A stretch of DNA of 44,423 nucleotides from a virus. Lineage: Duplodnaviria; Caudoviricetes. The stretch lies in IMG/VR virus record IMGVR_UViG_3300035016_000042. One strand, written 5' to 3'. Both the position numbers and the translations under genes were made by a program. The notes beneath the pieces are model-generated. The model had not been told where the DNA came from. It did not search any database and saw only the letters and a program-made list of their open reading frames with translations. This document shows positions 1 to 9,047 of the stretch, piece after piece (the stretch's first letter is position 1; each line of letters begins with the position of its first letter).

Positions 1-102
1 GGGCTCGACATTTCGCGCGGTGAGGCGCAACAGTTCCTGCAGCTGTTCGTCGCGCACGGCATCCTGACGGGCGCGGACGCGGAGGCGCTGACCAACGGCT
101 AA
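1..102 (+). CDS. 3' end of upstream hypothetical phage gene (partial)
   Basis: Open frame GLDISRGEAQQFLQLFVAHGILTGADAEALTNG* with GC3-rich codons, TAA at 100-102. Confidence 0.6.
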   Translation, partial: GLDISRGEAQQFLQLFVAHGILTGADAEALTNG

Positions 103-180
103 GGGGGTCAGACCGTCGCTTGCTCGTTTCGCGACGGTGCGGAACACGCACGGTGGAATTGCTCGCCGAACACTATACCG

Positions 181-333
181 ATGACAGATGATTGCCAAAA
201 CACGTGGCGTGAGCGAATCCGTCGCGAGCGGGCTCTGCGACAGGAGAATCGCCGGATATTCGGGATCCTGCGATGGCGGTTCTGGCTCGACGTTGCCTTG
301 ACCAAGATCCTTGATCGGTTCACGCGCCGCTAA
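181..333 (+). CDS. Small Arg-rich hypothetical protein (50 aa)
   Basis: ATG at 181 to TAA at 331-333 fills the gap between two + strand genes; no clear RBS. Confidence 0.25.
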   Translation: MTDDCQNTWRERIRRERALRQENRRIFGILRWRFWLDVALTKILDRFTRR

Positions 334-355
334 CTTCGCGAAGAGACGTTCACTC

Positions 356-2617
356 ATGGCTAAGGAATTCGGCCCCTACTACGCGCCCGGCTACGTCGCC
401 GTGTACAACCCCGCGATGCCGGGACAGGTGCGCCAGGTGTCGGGCGCTGGTTCACCCGCATGGGTGACCGAATCGGCGACGTTCACCGAGTGCCGCATAG
501 CGCTGGTGCAGGTCGGGGCGACGGGCGTCTACTACGCCGACATCCCCGCGGGCCTGACGTTCGACCGCGACTATTCGGTGGGCGTGTACGACGCGGCGGC
601 CACGACGTTCTCACAGGCATTGTCGGCCGAGACGTACGGGCCGGACGTGTCGCCCGCCAACGTGACGCAGATCGCCGGCCAGACCGCCAACGCCGCCGCC
701 CCGGTGACGTTCCCGGCCAGCCTCGGGACCAGCACGCTGACGATCGCCCAATTATCGCGATCTGTTTACGGCAACGGCTCTGTCACGTACGTCGAGCACG
801 ACGGCAACGCCCTGACAAGCGGGGAGGCGTTGAGGTTGGCGATCGAAAGCGCAACGAACCGGTCTACCGTCGTGACCGGTCCCGGCACGTTCCGCACGAC
901 CGAGACGATCAGCATTCCGGCCGGCGTTCGCGTCGTCGGGCAGGGCAGAACGGAGACGATCATCGAAAGCGACGTGCTCGATGCGGGCACAGGCGCACCG
1001 TGTTTCGTGGCGGAGAGCGGCACGGTGCTTGAGGGATTGCAGATCGTGACCGTCACCACGACGGGATTCGACTTTCCGTACACGCGTCGGGCCGACGCCG
1101 CCGACGCGCGTCCCGCGATCCTGCGAAACGCGTGGATTCGGGGTCGGACGGATTGCGTTTATGTCAAGGCGATCGATGTGGCTCCCCCGGCGTACAAGGT
1201 TCATCAGATTATCGAAGACTGCATCCTCGATTCCGGATGGGACGCGATCTTCAGCGAGAACGAGATCGACCTGACCGTGCGTCGGACCATCTGTCGGATA
1301 ACGGGTGCTGCCTCGATTGGCGGCAATCACTCGATGGGCATCGGCACGAACAGCGCCTCGATTGATTTCGGCGCTCCGGTCTGGACGTTCGAGGATTGCG
1401 TTGTTCTCGCGACCGCGACCGTGGCGGGCAGCACGGCGACGGCGTTCGGCGTGCAGGACGCCGTTCTCGACCTTCACCTTCACGGCACGTCGGTTATGAC
1501 GCGCAGCGACGGCGGAGCGGGCGCGGTGGACATCAAGACAACCGGCGCGTTGGTTTACGTCTCCGGGTCCGCTGTTGATTCATCGAAGCTGGCCGGATCG
1601 CAGTACGTGACGTTCCTGGCCGACGCCTACGCCAAGGCGGTAGAGGCCAAGGCCAGCGCCGACCTTGCCCTTCGTCCCACGACCCCCGGACGTAAGCTGG
1701 ACGTGGACGCATCGGGCAAATCGCCCGCCACGATCGCCACCGGGGACATGGTGGACATGTCACCGACGCGGGCACAAAGCATCGAGTCCGACGCGTTGTC
1801 GGCCGCCACGTCGGCGCTGACGGCCGCGACGCACACGACGACGCTGGTGGGCCGCATTACAGATGCGCTGTTCAGCGGCATGACGTCGCTGCCGAACTGG
1901 ATGCGGGCGATCGTCCGCAGCTCGGCCCCGGACGCCACGGCCGCGGGCGAGATCAACGCCGGCGGCGGGACGTTCGACGCGACGAGCGACAGCGTCGAGG
2001 CGATCGGGACCGCGGTCGGGCAGCTGTCGGTCTCCGGCACCGGCGCCCGGACGGTCACCGTCGTCGTGACCGACGGCGATGAACAAGAAATCGAGGCGGC
2101 AAACGTACGCTTTTCCCGGCCGGGCGAGACGCGCTCGGCGACGACGAACGATCAGGGCATCGCGATCTTCGGACTCGACGACGCGACGTGGATGCTGAGC
2201 GTCACGGCGGTCGGTTTCACGTACGTGCCGACGTCGCAGCCGATCGGCGCCAACGCGACGATTACGGTCGTGATGACGGCGCAGACGATCACGGTGGCGG
2301 CCGACCCCGAGCTGATCATCGGCACGCTGACGACGTACGACCGCCGCGGCGCCGTTCAACCGCGGGTGGCGATTACGTTCCGCCTCATCGCGACCGTGCA
2401 GACCGGCGTGCCCGAGCCCGGCCGCAGCTTTCCGACCGCACCATACGCCGAGACGAGCGACGCCAACGGCCTTCTGCAGGCTCCGGTCCTTCGCGGTGCG
2501 CGGTACGCCGCCCGCCGCGGCGACGGCAAGGAGATCGAGTTCGCAGTGCCGACTGACGGCGAATCGTTCCCGCTGAACGAAATTTTGGGCGGACTGCGGG
2601 ATGGTCAAACCATCTAG
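356..2617 (+). CDS. Pectin-lyase-like beta-helix protein with C-terminal beta-sandwich domains (tailspike/depolymerase-like)
   Basis: Start MAKEFG at 356; ALRLAIESA..GPGTFRTTETISIPAGVRVVGQGRTETII is a typical beta-helix N-cap; C-terminal TVTVVVTD..IEAANV..ATTNDQG resembles carboxypeptidase-regulatory-like domains. Confidence 0.65.
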   Translation: MAKEFGPYYAPGYVAVYNPAMPGQVRQVSGAGSPAWVTESATFTECRIALVQVGATGVYYADIPAGLTFDRDYSVGVYDAAATTFSQALSAETYGPDVSPANVTQIAGQTANAAAPVTFPASLGTSTLTIAQLSRSVYGNGSVTYVEHDGNALTSGEALRLAIESATNRSTVVTGPGTFRTTETISIPAGVRVVGQGRTETIIESDVLDAGTGAPCFVAESGTVLEGLQIVTVTTTGFDFPYTRRADAADARPAILRNAWIRGRTDCVYVKAIDVAPPAYKVHQIIEDCILDSGWDAIFSENEIDLTVRRTICRITGAASIGGNHSMGIGTNSASIDFGAPVWTFEDCVVLATATVAGSTATAFGVQDAVLDLHLHGTSVMTRSDGGAGAVDIKTTGALVYVSGSAVDSSKLAGSQYVTFLADAYAKAVEAKASADLALRPTTPGRKLDVDASGKSPATIATGDMVDMSPTRAQSIESDALSAATSALTAATHTTTLVGRITDALFSGMTSLPNWMRAIVRSSAPDATAAGEINAGGGTFDATSDSVEAIGTAVGQLSVSGTGARTVTVVVTDGDEQEIEAANVRFSRPGETRSATTNDQGIAIFGLDDATWMLSVTAVGFTYVPTSQPIGANATITVVMTAQTITVAADPELIIGTLTTYDRRGAVQPRVAITFRLIATVQTGVPEPGRSFPTAPYAETSDANGLLQAPVLRGARYAARRGDGKEIEFAVPTDGESFPLNEILGGLRDGQTI

Positions 2618-2636
2618 TTTTCTGTCAGAAAATCGT

Positions 2637-2684
2637 GGGTCCTTCCCGGGGGGGTGGGGGCCGTGCGGGTTAGGTGATCTCGCG
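2637..2684 (+). other. Lambda-type cos site (cosQ GGGTCCT plus cosN-like sequence)
   Basis: GGGTCCT at 2637-2643 equals lambda cosQ; GTTAGGTGATCT-CGCG at 2669-2684 resembles lambda GGGCGGCGACCT-CGCG; sits 50 bp upstream of the small terminase. Confidence 0.65.
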
Positions 2685-2733
2685 CATCGAGCGATACCCG
2701 GTTTGAAATTTTCAGTAGCGCAGTAGCGCACCC

Positions 2734-3297
2734 ATGGCCGCCAAACGACCGCAAACCCCGGTAATCGCGGCAGATAGCATCCGCAGCCTCGCGAAGCTGG
2801 TCGGGCGCGGCGAGTCGAGCGTGCGCAAGTGGGTGCGCAACCCACAGTGGACGTTCGGCTCGGGGCCCTGGACCGCCGCGGACGTCGACCGCATCAAGCT
2901 GTGGGCGACCGACACGCTGGCCGATGATCCCTCGGACCGTGCCGGCGGCGGTGGGGGCGGCGACCTGGCCACGCAGCTGAAGGACCTGCCCGTCGCCAAA
3001 CAGGTCGATGTCGGCCTGAAGGTCTCCCGCAAGAAGACGATCGACTTCAAGCTCGATCGCGACAAGGGCCTGTTTCACTCGGTCGAGGAGTGCAAGCGTC
3101 GCCGCTTGCGACAGATCCACGAGGTCAAGACGGCGATGCTGAACATGCCCGACGGCCTGCCGGTCGACGCCGAGACGAAAACCATGATCAAGGGCCGGAT
3201 CCTCGAGATCCTTCGGAAGTGGTCGTCGTCGGAGCCGTCGGCGACGACCGCTCAACCCGACGCCCATGACGCAGCTGCCCCAAGTAGTACCCTATGA
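2734..3297 (+). CDS. Terminase small subunit (Nu1-like)
   Basis: N-terminal HTH (SIRSLAKLVGRGESSVRKWV), helical C-terminus, position between cos and large terminase. Confidence 0.75.
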   Translation: MAAKRPQTPVIAADSIRSLAKLVGRGESSVRKWVRNPQWTFGSGPWTAADVDRIKLWATDTLADDPSDRAGGGGGGDLATQLKDLPVAKQVDVGLKVSRKKTIDFKLDRDKGLFHSVEECKRRRLRQIHEVKTAMLNMPDGLPVDAETKTMIKGRILEILRKWSSSEPSATTAQPDAHDAAAPSSTL

Positions 3298-5362
3298 TGC
3301 CGCGCCGCCGTCGGCCGATTCCCTTTGGGACGCCGAAGAGGCGGCGGCATGGGCGCCAGCCGAGGAGCTGAACGTCCCGGAATGGTCTGAGAAGCACCGC
3401 GAACTGACCAAACGGCAAAGCTCGCGGCCGGGTCGCTGGATGAACGCCAACCAGCCGGGCCTGGTCGGGCTGATGCTGCTGGCCACACATCGCGAGGTCC
3501 GCGAGCTGTGGATAAAAAAGTCGGCCCAATTCGGCGCATCTGAGGGTGTCCGCAACGTGATCGCCAGGTGCGCCCACCTGGACCCGAAGCCGGTGATGCT
3601 CGTGCTGCCCGACGAACAGTCAGGCCGCAAGATCGTCCGCAAGCGCGTGATCCCGCTGTTCGAGGACACCGAGGTCCTCCGCGCGCTGCTGACCGGCAAC
3701 ACGAAGGACAAGAAGCTCACGTCGGTCCTGCTGACCAACGGCTTCGAGCTGTCGCTCGCCTGGGCCGGCTCGCCGTCGGCCATGGCGTCCGACCCGTACG
3801 CCCTGGTCATCCTTGACGAGGTCGACAAGTACTCGGCGGCCGGCCTGCAGGTCGATCCGGTCTATGAAGCGCGCGTCCGCCTCCGCACGTACAAGGAGCA
3901 GGGCAGCTTGCTGATCGCGCTGTCGACGCCGTCGACGCCGCTGGGGCCCATCGCCGTTGGTTACGACGACTGTCAGGTCAAGCTGGCCTACTACTGCCAC
4001 TGCCCGCACTGCGGCACGCCGCAGCGGGCGGCCTTCGACCGGCTGAAGTGGGAAAAGTTCGCCGACCTGCCCGACGCCAAGAGCCGCGCAGCACGCGTGA
4101 AGGCACGTGCCGCTGCGTGGGTCGAGTGCAGCAACCCGCAGTGCGCGACGATGCATCCGGCCGGCGAGGGGAAGATCCTCGAGCGACACCGTCGGGCGAT
4201 GCTGATCGGTGGGTTCTGGGCAACCGAGGACCTGGGCTGGCGGATCTACACCGACGGCAGCGAGGAAGGTGAGAAGCCCGAGGGCGGCAAGGTCGGGATG
4301 CACATCCACGCCCTGATCGACCTCAGCGTGTCGCTAGCGGACATCGCCGCCGAGTACATCGAGTGCGACGGCCGGCCCGAGCAGCTGAAAGGGTTCTTTA
4401 ACCTTTGGCTCGGGGAGGACTTCAAGGATCCTGTCGCGATCCTCACGACCAGCATCTTCCGCAGTAAGTGCCTGCCCGACCCCGACACGGGTTCGGTCCC
4501 GTTCCCACAGCAGATCTTGCCGCCGTGGGTCAGCCGCATCCTCGTCACGGTCGACACCCAGAAGGATCACTTCTGGTTCGTCGTACGGGCCTACGGCTAC
4601 GCGATGCGTAGTCAGCGGATCCACCACGGCCGCGCGGGCAGCTTCGAGGAATTGGAAGACCTGTTCGAACGTCGCGAGTGGCGGTACCAGCACGACTGCT
4701 TCCCACCGCTGCGGGCGTACAAGCTCGGCATCGACTCGGGCGGCGGCGTCGACAGCCTCAACCGTGACGCGTCGCGCACGGAGCAGGTTTATCAGTGGTG
4801 CAACCGGAATCCGCTGTACCGACTCGCCCTGAAGGGTGCTAGCAAGGCCCTTGAGCCACCAGGCGTGCGCATGCGAGATCGTACCTATGCCCCGATCGAC
4901 AACCGCAAGGCGCCGTTCCCGATCCGGCTATATCTGATCGACGGCGCGAACTTCCGCGACCAGCTCAGCCACCAGTTCACCGCTGAGGTGCAGGTACCCG
5001 ACGCGGAGACCGGCGAGCTGCTCTCGGTGCCTCAGTGGTCGCTGAACGACTCGAACGACGACGAGCACTACAACCGCCACCTGTCGAACATGCTCAAGAC
5101 GCGCGTGAAGTCGGGCAAGGCGTTCGTCGACCGCTGGATCCCGAAGACCGCCGGGGCCCGGCACGACTTGCACGACTGCGAGACGTATCAGATGGCGATG
5201 GCGATTGGCATGGGCCTGTGCGTCGCGCTGCCCACGCCACGGTCGATCATCCGGCAACAGCAGCACCTGCAGGCCGCCATTACGACCCCGCCTCCCCGTA
5301 GCGGCATGGGCGGCGGTTTCCGGGCACCGGACGGCCGGGCCTTCCTGGCCCCGCGACGCTAA
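3266..5362 (+). CDS. Terminase large subunit, lambda GpA family
   Basis: Walker A-like KSAQFGASE, Walker B VILDEVD, STP motif, CPHC/CxxxxC zinc ligands, nuclease motifs TVDTQ, IDSG, HDCETY. Confidence 0.95.
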   Translation: MTQLPQVVPYDAAPPSADSLWDAEEAAAWAPAEELNVPEWSEKHRELTKRQSSRPGRWMNANQPGLVGLMLLATHREVRELWIKKSAQFGASEGVRNVIARCAHLDPKPVMLVLPDEQSGRKIVRKRVIPLFEDTEVLRALLTGNTKDKKLTSVLLTNGFELSLAWAGSPSAMASDPYALVILDEVDKYSAAGLQVDPVYEARVRLRTYKEQGSLLIALSTPSTPLGPIAVGYDDCQVKLAYYCHCPHCGTPQRAAFDRLKWEKFADLPDAKSRAARVKARAAAWVECSNPQCATMHPAGEGKILERHRRAMLIGGFWATEDLGWRIYTDGSEEGEKPEGGKVGMHIHALIDLSVSLADIAAEYIECDGRPEQLKGFFNLWLGEDFKDPVAILTTSIFRSKCLPDPDTGSVPFPQQILPPWVSRILVTVDTQKDHFWFVVRAYGYAMRSQRIHHGRAGSFEELEDLFERREWRYQHDCFPPLRAYKLGIDSGGGVDSLNRDASRTEQVYQWCNRNPLYRLALKGASKALEPPGVRMRDRTYAPIDNRKAPFPIRLYLIDGANFRDQLSHQFTAEVQVPDAETGELLSVPQWSLNDSNDDEHYNRHLSNMLKTRVKSGKAFVDRWIPKTAGARHDLHDCETYQMAMAIGMGLCVALPTPRSIIRQQQHLQAAITTPPPRSGMGGGFRAPDGRAFLAPRR

Positions 5363-5395
5363 ACGATAGCACGAACACTTTGAGAGGATCTGAAT

Positions 5396-6097
5396 ATGGC
5401 CAAGGCAACCACTGAACCCAAGCCCGTCACGCTCGACACGAAGTACTTTCGAATTACCGTCGGTGACTGGATGAAGATGTCGCGCGAGGACCGCCTGGCC
5501 GACACGCGCATCGGCGACGTGCGCATCAAGGAGCTAGACGAGCTGATCACACGGGCTGGTGGCGACCCGTTCGCCCAGCCCGCAACGGCCGCCGCTGACG
5601 CGCCGGCTGATGGCGGTCGTTCCGAGATCATCGCCGCCGAGGTTGCCACGGGCGACGACGCGCCACCGCTGGTCATTCCGCCGGTGACCACCGACCCGGC
5701 GAAGCTCGACCTCATCGCAGCATTGGTTGCCTCTCAGCTTGAAGACGCCGATCGCGTTGCCGACTTTGAGAACGCGGTGCTCGAAACGCCCCACGCTACT
5801 CTGGATCCAGCCCTCGACGTTCAGCCTGCCCCTCCGCTCGCCAGTCTGGCTACGGAGCCGGTGAAGGCCGTGGCGCCGCGCATGAGCGTGGGACAATTGA
5901 TCGACGAGCTCGAGGATGAACCTGCGGCGATCGGGTACGTGCGGCGGTCGCCTGCACCAAAGCTCACGAGCGAGCAGGCGAACCTGCAGTCGCGCATCCA
6001 CGCGGTTCTCGTGCGCAACGGCGTGGAGCTCCGCGATCCGTCGGACGTGTACGGGTGGCTTCTCGACCAGATCGAAGCCGCAGTACTGCAGGCATGA
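5396..6097 (+). CDS. Hypothetical protein
   Basis: 233-aa ORF with GAGGA RBS filling the terminase-adaptor gap. Confidence 0.7.
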   Translation: MAKATTEPKPVTLDTKYFRITVGDWMKMSREDRLADTRIGDVRIKELDELITRAGGDPFAQPATAAADAPADGGRSEIIAAEVATGDDAPPLVIPPVTTDPAKLDLIAALVASQLEDADRVADFENAVLETPHATLDPALDVQPAPPLASLATEPVKAVAPRMSVGQLIDELEDEPAAIGYVRRSPAPKLTSEQANLQSRIHAVLVRNGVELRDPSDVYGWLLDQIEAAVLQA

Positions 6098-6143
6098 CGC
6101 CTAGCCGGTCCCCCGTCGCTCCTGCACCTCGTAGCTCACCGCC

Positions 6144-6464
6144 ATGGATGTCGCCGCCGAACTTCTCGCTGCCCAAGAGGCCTATCTCGCCAACGTGCCC
6201 CCGTGGCGCACCGTGGCGCGCGCGTCGGCGTTCATCGGCGCCGCGTCGAAACTTCTGGTGCTGATGCCGACCACGTCGGGCTCGCGCGAGGGCAACGTCA
6301 GCTTCAATCTTGAGCTGATCCAAAAGCAGTATGACGATGCCACGGAGTGGCTTGAAGCCAACGGCGGCGGCGGTGGCGCGGGCGACAACGCGGTCGGCAC
6401 CGCCGCCAACGGGGGCCAACCGACGCGCATCGTCCGGGCCAGTTTTGTCCGCTTTCGAGATTAG
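6144..6464 (+). CDS. Putative head-tail adaptor (gpW position)
   Basis: Small helical protein directly before the portal, as in lambda gene order. Confidence 0.55.
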   Translation: MDVAAELLAAQEAYLANVPPWRTVARASAFIGAASKLLVLMPTTSGSREGNVSFNLELIQKQYDDATEWLEANGGGGGAGDNAVGTAANGGQPTRIVRASFVRFRD

Positions 6465-6470
6465 CCACCC

Positions 6471-8078
6471 ATGCCACGCACAAGCCCCAACGCGATTGCC
6501 TCGTTCGGCGCCATGAAGGCCGAATATCAGGGCATGGTGGAAAACCGCTTCCGCCGCCGCCGTCCAGGCGTCAACAGCATTGGCACGCACGCCGACACGC
6601 ACTACGCCAACGAGGCGGCGTTCATCAAGATGCGCGAGTACGGCCGGGCGGCCGACCGAGACGACACGATCGTTGGCATGCTCTACGACCGGGCGGCCGA
6701 CAACCAGACGCAGACCGGTTACACGCCCAAGCCCAACACCGGCGATCCAGAGGTCGACGCGATGCTCTACGTCGACAAGTGGCTCCCCTGGGCCACAGAC
6801 AAGGACATGTGCGACGCATCGGGCACGCAGACGTTCCCCGAGATGGAGTGGAGCGTTGCGCGGGCCGACATGGCCGATGGCGATGTGTTGGCCCTGCCGA
6901 TCGACGATGGGTCGCTGCAGCTGATCGAGGCCCATCGGCTGCGCACGCCGGCCAACAGCAAGCGCAACATCGTCCACGGCGTGGAACTGGACGATCGCCG
7001 CCGCCGCCTGCGGTACTACTTCGCTCCCGAGGACGTCTCGCCCCAGCAGCGGTTCGCCAAGGTGGGCGACGCGCGGATCGTTCCAGCGTACGACGCCGAC
7101 GGCAACCCGCAGGTGTTCCACGTATACCGGCCCAGCCGGTTCAGTCAGACGCGCGGCGTGCTGTGGCTCAAGGGCGTCCTCGACCTGCTGACGCAGATCG
7201 AGGACACGACGTTCGCCACGAGCGTGAAACAGCAGATCGCCGCCTGTGCCGTATGGAGTTGGGACCGCGACCCGGCGGCCACCTACGGTGCTGACAACGT
7301 CGTCGGCGAGCGCGAGCAACAGCAGATCGACGCGTTCACTCGCGCGATCAACGAGGGCGTGAGCCCGGGGCAGATGTACCAGCCGCCCCCGGGCACGAAG
7401 CTGAACATCCACAGCCCGAACCTGCCCGGCGACAATTTCATCCCGCACCAGCGGATGCTGATGAGCCTTGTCGGCGTTCAGGTGGGCGTGCCCCTGTTCA
7501 TGATGCTGCTGGACCCCAGCGAAGGGTCATTCAGCAGCCTACGGGTCGCATGGGACCAGGCGATTCTCGGCTTCGTCAAGCAGCAATACCGTCGCATCGG
7601 CCAGTTCTACACGCCGCTGTGGCGTTGGAAGATCCGCCAGTGGATCGCCGAGGATCCACGCGTCGCCCGGGCCGCGGCCAAGCTCGGCGACCGGATCTTC
7701 TCGCACCAGTGGAACCCGCCGGGCTGGAAGTACCTGCAGCCCATGCAGGAGGCGGCCGCGTTCGCTTTGCAGGTGCAGACCTGGCAGACGTCGCTAACCC
7801 GCCGCCACGCCGAGAACGGCGACGACTTCAAGGAGGTCGCACGCGAGATCGTCGCCGATAACGAGTTTGGCATCACCCTGGCGATCGAGGCGGCCGAGCG
7901 GCTCAAGACGAAGTTCAAAGACGCGGCCAAAGACGTGCACTGGACGCAGCTCTACCACCGCGACTACTTCAAGGGTGGCCAGCTCATCGACACGCTGGAA
8001 ACGCCGAACGACGGCAGCAGCACGAAGGCCATCAAGGACGGCAGCGCCTCGGCGCCGTCGCCGGGGCAGAAGAAGTAG
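6471..8078 (+). CDS. Portal protein, lambda family
   Basis: DGDVLAL, LQLIEAHRL, IVHGVELD, RFSQTRGV, SFSSLR and WNPPGWKYLQP motifs of lambda-type portals. Confidence 0.93.
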   Translation: MPRTSPNAIASFGAMKAEYQGMVENRFRRRRPGVNSIGTHADTHYANEAAFIKMREYGRAADRDDTIVGMLYDRAADNQTQTGYTPKPNTGDPEVDAMLYVDKWLPWATDKDMCDASGTQTFPEMEWSVARADMADGDVLALPIDDGSLQLIEAHRLRTPANSKRNIVHGVELDDRRRRLRYYFAPEDVSPQQRFAKVGDARIVPAYDADGNPQVFHVYRPSRFSQTRGVLWLKGVLDLLTQIEDTTFATSVKQQIAACAVWSWDRDPAATYGADNVVGEREQQQIDAFTRAINEGVSPGQMYQPPPGTKLNIHSPNLPGDNFIPHQRMLMSLVGVQVGVPLFMMLLDPSEGSFSSLRVAWDQAILGFVKQQYRRIGQFYTPLWRWKIRQWIAEDPRVARAAAKLGDRIFSHQWNPPGWKYLQPMQEAAAFALQVQTWQTSLTRRHAENGDDFKEVAREIVADNEFGITLAIEAAERLKTKFKDAAKDVHWTQLYHRDYFKGGQLIDTLETPNDGSSTKAIKDGSASAPSPGQKK

Positions 8079-8081
8079 GCA

Positions 8082-8771
8082 ATGGCCACGAAGAAGAAGA
8101 CAACCGCAGCTCCGGCTGCCGGCGACACGGTGACGCTGGCAGACGGCTCGATCGTGCCGGTGGCGGCCGTCGAGCACATCACGCCCGACCTGCGCCCGCT
8201 GGCGGTGCCGATCGACTCGCTGACGCCCGACCCGCGCAACGCTCGCACGCACGGCGACAAGAACCGGGCGGCGATCGCCAAGTCGCTGCAGCAGAACGGC
8301 CAGTTGAAGCCGATCAGCGTCGACGCCAACGGCGTGATCCTCGCCGGCAACGGCACCTGGGCCGAGGCGAAGGCCTTGGGCTGGCAGTACATCGCCCGGG
8401 CCCGCACGGCGCTTACTGGCGCCGCCGCGATGCGGTGGGCCCTGCAGGACAACCGCACCGCCGAGCTGGCGGAGTGGGACCAGGCGGAGCTCGAACGGCA
8501 GACCGACGAGCTGGCCGCCGAACTGGACGGCTTCGACCTCGGCGACATCGGTTTCGACGAGGGCCAGCTTGAGGCGCTACTGAACGGTGACGTGAAGAAG
8601 GCGCACGGCTTCGCACCGGCACCGCCGCCGAAGGATCCGCCCGCGGGCGAGCAGAAATACCCGTCGGTCTTCAAGATCATCATCACCTGCACCGACGAGC
8701 GGCATCAGGCGGAGCTGATCAAGGAGTTCGAGGGGCGCGGGTACCAGTTCACGGCCCCGAACGTCACTTAG
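8082..8771 (+). CDS. ParB N-terminal-like domain protein
   Basis: LTPDPRNARTH..IAKSL..G..KPI.VD..GVILAGNG..A.K.LG and ALQDNRTAELAEWD match phage ParB-N domains linked to DNA modification genes. Confidence 0.85.
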   Translation: MATKKKTTAAPAAGDTVTLADGSIVPVAAVEHITPDLRPLAVPIDSLTPDPRNARTHGDKNRAAIAKSLQQNGQLKPISVDANGVILAGNGTWAEAKALGWQYIARARTALTGAAAMRWALQDNRTAELAEWDQAELERQTDELAAELDGFDLGDIGFDEGQLEALLNGDVKKAHGFAPAPPPKDPPAGEQKYPSVFKIIITCTDERHQAELIKEFEGRGYQFTAPNVT

Positions 8772-8985
8772 CCGGCTCGTCTAGGCCGAGCTCGCCGATG
8801 AGTCGGTCGGCCGCCTCAACGGCATACCTAGCCGCTTTGGTAGGACTTAGGTCGCCAGGTCCGGCCAGCAGTCCCTGCAGAGCCATGCCCGCCGCCCATT
8901 GACGGTAGGTCATGCCGGGGACGTCAAATTGTGCCTCTGCCAATTTGCCGTTGCGGGGAAACGCCGCTTCATCGCCTAGAGCCAT
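8764..8985 (-). CDS. Small phage hypothetical protein (GMTxRxxxAxxAxQG family)
   Basis: GMTYRQWAAGMALQGLLA..AARYAVEAADRLI motif common in phage genomes; GGGAGG RBS upstream of ATG 8985. Confidence 0.8.
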   Translation of the reverse strand: MALGDEAAFPRNGKLAEAQFDVPGMTYRQWAAGMALQGLLAGPGDLSPTKAARYAVEAADRLIGELGLDEPAK

Positions 8986-9047
8986 CTGGACCTCCCTGTG
9001 AATGTGCAAGGGATTGGAAACGTAGGTAACCCGGAAAGCAAGTAGAC

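Noticed and set aside
8082-8771. Plasmid-prophage partition system
   Set aside because: No ParA, no HTH after the ParB-N domain, and the phage has an integrase
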